A DNA stretch of 64,000 nt from Phoronis australis (Eukaryota > Animalia > Phoronida), in assembly GCA_002633005.1 (NCBI GenBank), contig NMRA01000294.1, positions 426,948 to 490,947 on the forward strand, given 5' to 3'. The translations under genes were made by a program, and so were the position numbers. Positions 37,801 through 49,104 of this stretch are shown here, one piece after another; positions within the stretch are counted from its first letter, which is position 1; each line of letters starts with the position of its first letter. The notes under the pieces were generated by a model. The model saw only the letters and a program-made list of their open reading frames with translations. It ran no database searches and had not been told where the DNA came from.

Positions 37801-39274
37801 CTGGAATCGCAGATATGCAACTGCGTGCAACAGTTTGTTTGCTTTCTCGGGACCCATTTTGATAAGTCAACTCTGGCAACGGTTTGAGTGAAATGTGATC
37901 AAAACACATCTTAGAAAATCTTGCTGTAGTACGCTCGCAAAGGACTTCCGGCTTTGTGTTTGCGGGACTTCGCAAACCGTAACTATGGTAGGTGTGGCCT
38001 AACTGCGTTTATCTGAATTGTCTATTGGAGCCGGTTTCGAGTACTTTCATATCATGCGTCGCGTTCAGTTATGGAAATTCTGTTTTCTGGTTTCCTTACT
38101 GGTGACATGCAAATTTAGACTAAACTAACTCATTACTTTCTCATTCAATTTCATTAGTATTGAATTGGTCTACATCTCTTGACACTACAGCACGATGACA
38201 ATTGTACGTGCAACCACTCTATAAAAGCCATTTATTTTTTAATTGTGAATTCTACAACGCGCGTCTTGAAATGCCAGAACAGGGCCATAGGAATTGTGGT
38301 GAAACCGCGGCAACCAGCATAGGCGTATGGTCGGAGGCGGTCGAGAAAAAACAGCGAATCATGTAATAGAAAGAAAATTCAACAGATCATTTGTCAACTG
38401 CCGATGCTTGGCCCAAGCGACGACATTTTTCTTAGGGATACATCATTTTGCAGTCGTCTATCACGCAAGCTTCGAAAAAAATACGAGAACACTTGCTATC
38501 CACAGATTTTTCAGACCAAATTGATTCGGATTTTCAAGTTCAAGATGGCAATTTTTAGGGAAAACTGTATTTATTCGGAGACCCTTCTTTGGCAAGGGAT
38601 ATTAGAGTCTTATGTTGAACTCTTCCTATGTTTTTTGTTAAAACTGTATTTCGCTTATAAAATTGTGAGTCTGACGGAGAGGGCTCTGAGGATAACATCA
38701 AATGTTGGACATTTTCTGTTTTAGAAATTATACATCTTTTCATATTTAGGGGCTCCAGCCCTAATAGGGGACCGTTGATTCATAGCCAACCTGTTCCTTT
38801 TTATTCATATCCTTAACACTCACGGCGGAGACTCTAACAATATAATAAGTTGATTCTATTTCCTGCTTTTGTGAAATTGACAACCTTTTATGTTCACCTT
38901 TTGGAGGGTCACCCGATGATGGTTTTAACTGTAATTCTTTTTCAGTTTTTTAATAATATAGCTTTTCAGATGGGTCCTCTCTTCAAGGGGCGGATAGGGC
39001 CAATTGCCCTTTGCCCCCCTGTAAATCCGGCAATATGGGCTATTCACGAAATAGAAGTACATTTTGATAAGATTTCAAAATGGTTGAGAATACCACAGGA
39101 CACGGTGGTGTGGAGAGCAGCAGCAACACGACACGCGGCTCACACAACCAAAAGAGAAAAAAAACCAATAGCATGGACCGCCATCTGAGGATTGAAGTAT
39201 GAATAATTTGAAAACAATTACTTGAAAATTAGGCAAAGACAAAAATAATAATTAGTAGATTAGATTCTAAGAAA

Positions 39275-39845
39275 TATAGATTATTACATGTTCTAAGTCG
39301 TTATCCCCCGTACTCTAGAGCCCGAGTGGATTTTGGAGAATTATCGATAATTCTCCAAAATTCACGAGGGCTCTAGATAAGGGGGTAACGACTGAGAACA
39401 TGTATTAACCTATTTATACCACATACTGAACGAGAAAAATTGCGATGAATCGATCTACCTTTCTCGACTCGCCCAGGCTTTGTAACTACTTTCCGGGGTC
39501 CGAGGTCGTGACCTTTTAGAAAAACCGAGCTACTTTTGTCAAATAATGCTTTTACTCAAACCCAATTGAAAATATAAACAAAATAGAAAGAACGTTAATA
39601 TATAAATTAAGGTTTAGCAACTATTATAGCTTACTAAACATTTTATCACGCTAAGCTTCGACCGAGAAATTGTCGTCTGCTGAAGTAGGTTACCACTGGT
39701 AACTGAGTATACAGTGCTCAAATCGAAGGATCCCGACAACACGATACCCGCATTTAAATTGGAGATCGATGATTTACAAGCGAAAGAAAATGAGAGATAA
39801 ATTTTACTGAATTAAAAGACCGTTTTTATGAAAATTATGTGTCTT
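39275..39845. repeat. Dispersed repeat with a ~120-bp terminal palindrome
   Basis: Palindrome 39285-39404 followed by a body homologous to 33355-33852. Confidence 0.75.
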
Positions 39846-40404
39846 ATCTTTCATAGCGTATAAATATCGGTACAATGCCCTTTGTTAAACATGCAATTGT
39901 TGAGCGTGCTCAACATTACTTTATAGTTGAAAGCCTGGATATAATGGTTCGCTTTCTGGGCTACATATTTGTATTTCAATGTGTTGTCATTTATTTGTGT
40001 AGCAATAAAAAATCTCGAGTTATGAACATATATTGGTGTATACATACTTCGTAGAATCGGGACAGACAATCACTTCGTTAGTCATTCTTCATTGTGAAAA
40101 GCCCTCAGATACTACTGCTAATTCCTGTAGTTTATGGTAAAATAAGGAATGGTGGGGGCGGTGCCCTTGTGATGGTTGTGACAACTATGTCAGTATTGTT
40201 AGTAAAGACTCGAGTCCGCTTCAAGAAAACGATTTTTAAGTCTGACATAAGTTTTTGATTTAACTTTGTCTTAATATTGACTAACTTCTCGGACGTGAAA
40301 GTTTCGAAGTTTGGAAGCTTAGGCAAATCTTAGACTTAGTCAAAAATGAACGTAACGGGCCCCAGAGAAGCGAGGATATGGCATAAGTTTATACAAGAAA
40401 CTCG

Positions 40405-40620
40405 CGTGTTAGTAGACATAACACTAGCAGTGGGCGTGTTAGTGGACATGACACTAGCAGTGGTCGTGTTGGTGAACATGACACTAGCAGTGGGCGTGTT
40501 AGTGAACATGACACTAGCAGTGGTCGTGTTAGTGGACACGACATTAGCAGTGGGCGTGTTAGTGGACATGACACTAGCAGTGGGCGTGTTAGTGGACATG
40601 ACACTAGCAGTGGGCGTGTT
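40405..40620. repeat. 30-bp minisatellite (GTGTTAGTGGACATGACACTAGCAGTGGGC), about 7 units
   Basis: Directly visible. Confidence 0.95.
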
Positions 40621-41849
40621 CCTACGTCTCACTGATGTTCGTAGAGCTAAGCAACTTTCAACTGAATTTGTTTTTCTTCTTTTTTCTCGTTTTGGGATAT
40701 AGAATTCACGGTTGTGATATGCAGGCTGAAAGCTGCTGACAATATAACCACTTGTCAATACAAGGTAAATGGTGATTTTAAGCACTTTACATAAGCTGCG
40801 TTTCTCCCTATAACTGGCTAAAAGCGAAAATCTAATTTTACCGACCTCAAAATTTTCCTTTCCGTGAGTGGACTTGTTTTCTGTTACTAAGAAAAACATG
40901 CAAACTATCAACAGGTGAAGAAACGCGTCGGCAAATTGTTGATTTAATGGGGGTTCGACAACCGTGAAATTAGAAAAAGGCCACCAGGGACTTCCACTCG
41001 AAAATAGGTCAGCCACGGGACCCTGCGACCATTTCCTGTGAGTACATCGCATATCAGCTGTTGGTCTTGGTTCTTCAGTTAGGAGCTCTAAATATGCTTA
41101 AAGTGACAGCTAAACAGGGCGAAATACAGTTTTGACCAATGCTTTGACTGTGTCACGATGACAAAACGAAAACAGCAATAACACTTTATAAAGAAATACT
41201 TGACTGAGGAACTGTTGGCTGCGGACGTTATTGACTCCACGCCAGTACAGGTGACACGAGGAGTCCCTGTGAGGGCAAGAAAAGGAGTCTTATCACTTGG
41301 ACTTTATGTTTGTGGGAATAGGGTATAGTTTCCTGTGCTATTTATTAGTTACCGATATATAGCCGCTGAAGATGCTTGATTGAAGTTCAGGTAAACGTCT
41401 GAGTAGTGTTTAGTTAAATGTGTATATCGAATTGTGTATGTTCTAGTGAAAACTATTGTTTTATTTCTATTATTTTTCGTTACCGGATAATCATTCAGGA
41501 CAACGAGGCCTCCATTAGCTAGTACAAGAACCTGTTTACAAATAAAAATATTTTATACTGGCGTCATATTCGTACAAATAAGGATGGATGAAAACTGGGA
41601 AAATGATGGATTACTCGCGTATGTTAGGGTGACATTATGCGGGTTTGTTTGAAGTTACAGCTGAATGAACAGAGAACCAACTTTATCTTACGCTTTCTTC
41701 TTCTCTTCTGGGGGTTCATTACAATATAGCAACTGTTCAATCATAAGATCATTAATCAAATGACTCCACAATCATTTGCGTCACTACGTCTCCTGCAGTT
41801 ATTTGGAATAACAACATGGCAAATACATTTTATGTAACATGTGTAACTA

Positions 41850-42010
41850 GTCACAAACGTTTTAAGTCTGGTCTGCACTCCCCCTGTTGGCCACATCATG
41901 TGACCTATTGAACATAAGTCTGAAAAGATTTCTGACCCCGACCGGTACTCGAACCAAGGACCTTCTGCTAACCGTGCAGACGTTCTAGCCACTGAGCCAT
42001 CGGCGACCAA
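41850..42010 (-). repeat. tRNA-derived SINE-like element
   Basis: Minus strand GGTCGCCGATGGCTCAGTGG (A box)...GGTTCGAGTACC (B box) plus a non-tRNA tail shared with 42192-42315. Confidence 0.65.
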
Positions 42011-42191
42011 CGGTCACACACAGAAATCCAATCAGACTTACTAGTGGGCATCCCGCCTGGGCGGCCATAAACTCGTGAGTGTACATATGTAAATCCTGAA
42101 CCGGCGTGGGAATACAAATCACTAATTACATTTTAAGTCTAGTCCTAACGCCACCTGTCGGATACATCACGTGTCCTTATGAACATAATAT

Positions 42192-42315
42192 TCTGCACGG
42201 TTACCATAAGGTCCTGGGTTCGAGTCTCGGTCGTAGGCAGAAATCTTCAGACTTATGTTCATTAGGTCACGTGATGTGGCCAACAGGTAGCGTGCATACC
42301 AGAATGTTTGTGATG
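42192..42315 (+). repeat. 5'-truncated second copy of the same tRNA-derived element
   Basis: TCTGCACGGTTA...GGGTTCGAGTCTCGGTCG...CAGACTTATGTTCA...GTGGCCAACAGG. Confidence 0.65.
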
Positions 42316-44848
42316 TGTATTTCCACGCCGGTTCAGCATTTACAACGTGTAACTAGTCTTGATGCGATTTATTTTAGGAAGTCGTGGGCAATTGTAGCGC
42401 TCATTTGAACACGTTCTGTTTATTTACTCGCTATGCGCTTCGTCTCCAACACCTTTAAAAAGGATTACTCATCTCCCAGTGGTGCTCCCATTAAAGTGGA
42501 ATACGAGACGTGCCGTTCAAAACAGTGACTTTTTACACTGCGAAAGGGGACCTTTTCTGACAAAGACTCAACGAATGTATCGCTTTTCCAACAAAATTAG
42601 CCAAAAAGATTCACTTCAGGACTTAACTGACATTCTAACCAATCTTCAGAAGTGTTTTTATGTTATCTGCACCTTTAAACTTTGATTGACAACATACACT
42701 GTTTCAGGCTTAATGGGTTAAAAATTCAGCTGTCCATGAGTCGATACGAAAAGGCTCGGTTTATGACAGTAAGAGGGTGGCGTTTCTGAGACAAACCCCT
42801 ACAAAAGGGTGCCTTTTTATAAAAGCTCCCTATAAATGGGTCCTATTTTTCGATTACACTCTCTAAACAGGCGGATATCCAAATTTCCAGGAGCAAATTC
42901 CAAGTCGAATACTCGCGGAACTAAAAAACGATTTGGTGATTTTAACAAAAAATGATTCTATCATCTGGCATTGTGTCATTAGTGATTGCCCACAGTATAA
43001 AACTGTTATTCAGCGAATACTCTTTTTCCTGCCGCAAAAGAAATCTGTGGTTCTATATGATTGTTTTTCCCGAAGCTGTAGATTAAGCCAAAAATAGTGG
43101 GTTCTGTGTTGAGTTCCGAAGACGCAGAAATTTTGCGAAGGAAGCTAGTGTGATCACGTGCTTTCCTTATAGTACATGGCGATATCTCGAGAAGTCTTGC
43201 ATGATTTTACGTTTTTGCGACTTCGGCGCGTCTACGGAACACATGCCTGGTCTACGCCCAGACTGATTTTGAAACCTGCGCCTCGCGACTTAAAGAAAAT
43301 GGACTCGAATTTCACACAACGTAAGCACACAAGGTTTTAAACGCTATGATTTGTTAACTCAACCACCTCCACATCACCAATAGCCGACAATGACTCAGAG
43401 CCTTGCAACCACGAACTGTGATTTCTTTACTTAAGTCGCCGCCGAACCCTTCGTGACTATTGTGATTTAGCAGACATTGAAGGTTGACGAGGTGTACGTT
43501 GTGATTTACCTTTGACCAAATTCCAACCAGAACGCAGGCGTAATATCGTAACACCAATACAGATAACGTATATCAATGGGTTCTGTTTTACGAAAAGTGC
43601 AAAGCTGTGGATTCGTGACACCTATTCTATCAATAAAAAGGCTTTATGCTCAGTAATTTATCGTGTCTGGAACAATCACAGTTTAGTTACAAACGAAAAC
43701 ATATACCGCTAATCTCCATCACACGTCTGATTTTTTAGAATCATCTATCATTTTATTTCAAAGTGTGGTATTAATTGCCAATAAAAATATCACAAGGTCG
43801 ATGTACTACTTTTAACGTTTACCAGTAACTCTATGGGAAAGCCTGCCTCTGGGATAATTACTTATTGTTATTTAAGATGGCTGTTATAGTGACGCGGTGA
43901 AAAACTTAATTAATAAAGGACTTATTAACGCCCGGGATAATGTACTGAAGATATTCTATTGCAAGCAAATTGGACATACGATCGCCATTTGAAGTATTTC
44001 TGAACTTTTGATTATTACCAAAGTGACACAGTGCATAATAGCTCATGGCCAGTTTGAAAATAGGTCTCGTGCTAACACAGAACGCAAATTAGGCCGATGT
44101 CGAAGGAAGAATGTGTGATCACGTTGTTTGCTTGTAATACGTGGCGATATATCGCAAAATCTTGTGTGAGCTTGTTTTTCTAATGCTCTCGCTTCTACGG
44201 TGCACACACCTGATTTGTCAGCATTAATAGGTACCGCTATGTAATTGGGAAACTTAGCTGTGAGACCACACGATCGCTACAACAACTTGAAACATTTCCG
44301 GATAGCTAAGGCATTACTCAAAATGCCCTCTGTTTATAATAGGATGTACCTGCCTCATTCTGCCGGTTCAGCCACATCAACCGGCTAAAACATCGGAATG
44401 ATTTATAAGCCAAAAGTCGTCATTGAGAACCAAACAGCCGTCTTAACCGGTTGTACCGGCTGAATTCCGGCTGGGTGAATCAATTCCATAGACGTGTGTC
44501 AACTAGTCGGCACCTCAAAAAGTTCGGTATTCGAGCTCCGACTTTCTTCCCTGTGAGTTTCTACGAAAAATATCTCAGTGAGGGATCGAAACATTGTGCA
44601 CCTTTTCCTAGGAGAATCTAAGCGGATGGGGGCTTCGTGGATGCTCACGAATCACACTTTTCCCTCTATAGAAAATGGCGATAAAAAACACACGCCTGTC
44701 GAAAAATAGTTAAGGGCAGTCCTTTACGAAATTGAAAGTTTACCAGTTTACTGTTATACCTTTAAATGCATTTTTGTGCATGGACGTTTTCACATTTAGG
44801 CATGCCAGCAACATTCCAGGTGATGATTGACGTAATGACTTATCTTAC

Positions 44849-44948
44849 CTGTCGAGAGCTATAACGGCGAGGGTGTTTACAGATGCGCTAACGACCACTC
44901 CTTGTAGAAAAGGCGACACTTTACACAGAAATGAACCGAACGGGTAAC
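44849..44948 (-). CDS. SIFamide/NPFF-receptor-like GPCR, exon 2 (ECL1-TM3)
   Basis: Not in the ORF track. tgttttatAG|GT TAC CCG...GAC AG|GTAAGA; 100 nt, phase 1 to phase 2; (S)YPFGSFLCKVSPFLQGVVVSASVNTLAVIALD(R). Confidence 0.93.
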
Positions 44949-47320
44949 CTATAAAACACAAAACATAGGAGATACGCATGAAATCTGTTTCAAATAGAAT
45001 TTTACATTACAAACGTTGAAAAGTATATGTGCGTGCACGAGCGTGTGTTTGCGTGCGCATGCGGGCGTACCCGTGCGTTCGTGCATCTCGTGTGTGTACG
45101 TGTGCTTGCGTGCACCTGCGTTTGCTTTCATGCCTGACTGATTGCATTCATACATACGAGCAATGTCCATTTGTACGTCAGTGCGTTTGCGTGCGTGAAA
45201 ATGACATGTCCATCAAAATAAATTTGAGGTTGAGATTTTTAAGGGGGTGCGACGGGTGTGAACGCACCTTTCCCCCCTCCTCCTGTTGGCAGGTACCACC
45301 CATTAGCAGTTCAGGCCCGTCTAAACCTGAACTTTGTCATTTTACACAGCTCAAAAAAGGAAGTACACCATTTGCTTATTTGCTTTTAATTTCTAAGAAA
45401 TTGAGAAATGAACATAATTCAAGCATGTACTAAGTTCTCAGTAACACAAATACGCTTAAAGACAACACCGCCTTCAAAATCATCTGAGGAAGATAGAATC
45501 GGCAGAAGGCACTATTGTCCAGTATAAGAATGCCATCAACTTTCCCAAACTCATGTGGTCAGTAGGAAACGTCATAGAGAGAAAAGGGCTTTAAAAAACT
45601 AATAAAACGATTAATTTAAACAGTTGAGGTTCACGATTTCGTTGAGGATCATCAAGAAATAAACTTAAAATTTTAAGAGCGCGCATTTACGTGTTTTGAA
45701 CTGGTGTAAAAATCACTCGGTCATGAATCTAAAATGTTTAGTAAATTTGTGAACATTGTCATCAACTGATAGTGCGGGTATTAAACAAACTTTTAGAGGT
45801 GCATTTTGTTTTAATCACTACCCAGCATGTAAATCATGAAGCACTTTGCTCAAAGGCGAACGATGCTTAAATCCTTTCACAACCGCGCTTTGTCGGTCAT
45901 CACTTTTGAGAAGGTTGGCCAACCCATTCAAAACTGAACAATTTCAAGTCAATGGCAGGTAACCTTTCAATTCTTTTTGTTGGTAACAACCATCTGCTAA
46001 CATAGAAAGGGGAACGTTCAGACTAACATGAGACAACTAATTCAGTAATTCCGATGTTTAAGTCATAAATGGAAATAAAATGCACAGTGGGCCTAACGCC
46101 GTGTTTCGCAAACAGTGAGCCTCTAATTAAATCATACATTTTGTGACTCGCGTATTTCGACATTATTTTGACCTATTTTTCTTAAATACACTCCTTCCTT
46201 TTACGTTCACCAAATTCATAACACCGGGTGAGTTTCGTCAGTCGAAAGATGTCACTAAACATTCCGTAACTTTCAGCCCTGTTTGTGTTCGCCACATTTC
46301 ACCATTATTTTGTATAGTAGGCGGCTGTTGAGTGAGTGCCCATAATGCATTAATCAACTGCCACTACCTACGGCGGCCATTTTAGGTGGTGATGCACCAC
46401 ACAGATTAATATTAAGCTAAGAAATTCATATTCAATTCAGTTAACTTTGAAAATGTTTGGAGTTGTGTTCAATATAATTATCATTTAGGCTAAGTATCGA
46501 CTAACTTGCGTTAAAACTCTTTTATGAAGTTTTTAACTACAAAGCTGAAAGAGTATCGCTAAAACTGGGCTCTTTGTAGGGATAAAAACTTGCATAAAAA
46601 GACATGCATGAGTGTACTGCGTTCAGTTTCTTGGAAATTAGGGACTAAATCAAAATGTGCAGTTTAGTTGTAAGCAGTTCAGTAACCCCTGACGGATGTG
46701 TGTGTGAAGGGCCGACGACACGGTGAGTGAAACAGTTGAGATGTAGTAGTCGACCGAGGCAGCGGATGAGAGCAAGACTGAAGGTTCCCAAGTTGCAGTG
46801 GCTAGCTACCTGCTTGTGTGGGCAGAAGAATGACGAGCAAAATGAGGAGCGACTGTTAAATGTGACGTAACCGAATCTCCTTACCGGCACGTAAGCAGAA
46901 CGCCCGATGAATTGTAGCTCTAATTAAGGCATATCACCAAAAGCTTTTTATGACTTGTAATTCAATCTCATTTAGGTTAAACAAGCATGAACAAAATTAA
47001 CTTTGATCAATTACCCGAGGAAGCCTCGGCACACAAAAGTTAGCAGCCTTGGGGAATTGACAAAGGGTTGACAACACTGCCCAGAGTTCCACTGAGATTA
47101 AACGAAAATCTGTGGCTTAGAACAAAGAAAGCCACGTGCCTGACACGTGCCTTGTTTCATTGTGTCACGTGGGTCAAAGGTCCCTCGTCGAGGCATGACG
47201 CCTGGGAGAACAAATTTAAAGGACAACAGAAATATTCATTTCAAAAAATTTTCTTTAGAAACTGCGGATCCCCTTCGACTAAATACAGGCTACCCGGACA
47301 CCCCACCTGCCACACTTTTA

Positions 47321-47757
47321 AGTTGCATTTACGCGAGCGACAGCTGACACGGAACAACTAACACAGAACAGCTGATCGGGTGCAAGTGTGTGTTAACACA
47401 ACTGACACGGAGCACGATGACACCGCAGAGGCCGTTTTTGACATCAGTTTGATAGGTATAAGCGAAATGCACTCAATCAGTAGCTTCAGATTCAACTACA
47501 CGACTTGTAACACCACTGGGCGTATAGGGATCATGCATTTTTTAATACTCTTGCACAATACCTATATACGGGTGATCCACTGGCATTCCACGTGGTTTGG
47601 ACGTTTTCTATTGTTTATGTGAGCATGCCTAGACAGTATTCGTGTAAATGACTCATGCTGATCCAGTTTGTGATCTAATGTAATATAAAATGGAGCAAGT
47701 CGCGCCGTGACAACTGACACGGGGACGACTGACTGTCTATCGTGTAAAAGCTGCTTT
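47321..47757. mobile_element. Possible degenerate MITE with internal CAACTGACACGG repeats
   Basis: GCATTTACGCGA...TCGTGTAAAAGCTGC imperfect inverted ends; recurrent CTGACACGG motif. Confidence 0.35.
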
Positions 47758-48812
47758 GGACATACACTAGCTAGCTTTCAAAGTAAACTAAATAGTAAGT
47801 AAATTCAGGAAAGATTCTGCGCAGGAATCAGCAACTAAATATTCTTTTATTTTCGACTGGACTCCCTTTCAATCATTAGGGGCTCTCTGTAGAGTAATGA
47901 TAAATCCCAACTCAGCTGGTTTGGTTTGTATGATGTCGTGTATAAGATTTTTCTTTCTGGTGATAAAGCAAATTATAAAATGATGAGAAATGTGAATGAT
48001 TTCGATTCCCAGAGACAAGCATCAGCTTCAAAGCCTTATCTGAAGCTCCTCACGCCATGAACAAACTCATTCGTTTGTTTTGTTTTATGCTTTAAAAATA
48101 GAAATCCCTTAGGGTTTGCCCTAATTCAGACCAACTACCCCCCAACCCCAAAGTTCGCTTTTGCATAAAAGACGAAACATTATGGCGTTTTCCTGTTGCT
48201 CCCAACTTGTTCGATTCTATAGCCCAACAACAAGTTGGGAAGATCACCCCTGTAGCTAATATCTTACACGACTCCATTCTGGCATTTTGAGGTTGGAGGG
48301 CCTGCTCTCTTTTGTTCGATAATTGCTCTAATCTCAGATCACATCGTATCTAACCTGACTGGTCTGTACTGCTAAAAATGAAAGTTAATTTACGACATCT
48401 TTAAACATAAACCAATAGCATTTCTAAATTCCTTGTCAAATGCTGATCATTTTTAGTTTTTGAATCACCAAAATCGCCCAACTACAACAGAAGTTATGAC
48501 AATTCATTCTGCCAGGTTTCAGTAACCATTTGAAGCCTGGGAGATGAATTGGCCTACTTCTTATCATACGGGACATAAGACTGTGCTGGGCAGTTAACAA
48601 AAGAGCCAGATGTTATCGTACGTTCAGAACCCCTCACGTCTGGAAAAGTTGCTGAACGACAGAATGCCGTCATGAAGGTAACTTGTACCCTAGACGGAGA
48701 AATATCGGTGAGTAAAACACAATGAGAGTCTTGGGAACAGACAGCGGACTTGGTTTCACTGCTGGGTAGACACTGAGTTTCCTTTCCTGAACGAAACTGA
48801 GCTTTTACTTAC

Positions 48813-49104
48813 TTGACAGTATGTTCATTATCAGAGTGGTCGGAAGACAGAAGATGGATACCAATATGTCTGCCACGGCCAGGTTAACTAGCAGGAAGTT
48901 AGTCACGGTGTGCATGCACGAATTCTTGTACACAACTCCAATCACCAAACAATTGCCAATGACGGCGAGAACGAAGACTACGCTATACAGTATACACAGT
49001 ACCACGGTAACTGGAGGAGAGTGTATGAATATCCCATTGTCATCACCAGTGTCATTTCCGGTCATATCACTACCATTATCCCTGATGCTATAGTTAACTG
49101 ACAT
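48813..49104 (-). CDS. SIFamide/NPFF-receptor-like GPCR, exon 1 (N-terminus, TM1-TM2)
   Basis: ATG 49104; N-glycosylation sequons NYS, NGS, NDT; IGNCLVI, MHTVTNFLLVNLAVADILVSIFCLPTTL; GTAAGT donor at 48812, phase 1. Confidence 0.93.

Noticed and set aside
40336-41052. 238-aa ORF with TNTPTASVMS repeats (mucin-like)
   Set aside because: The repeat is a 30-bp minisatellite open in several frames inside a GPCR intron; the rest has no protein-like features.
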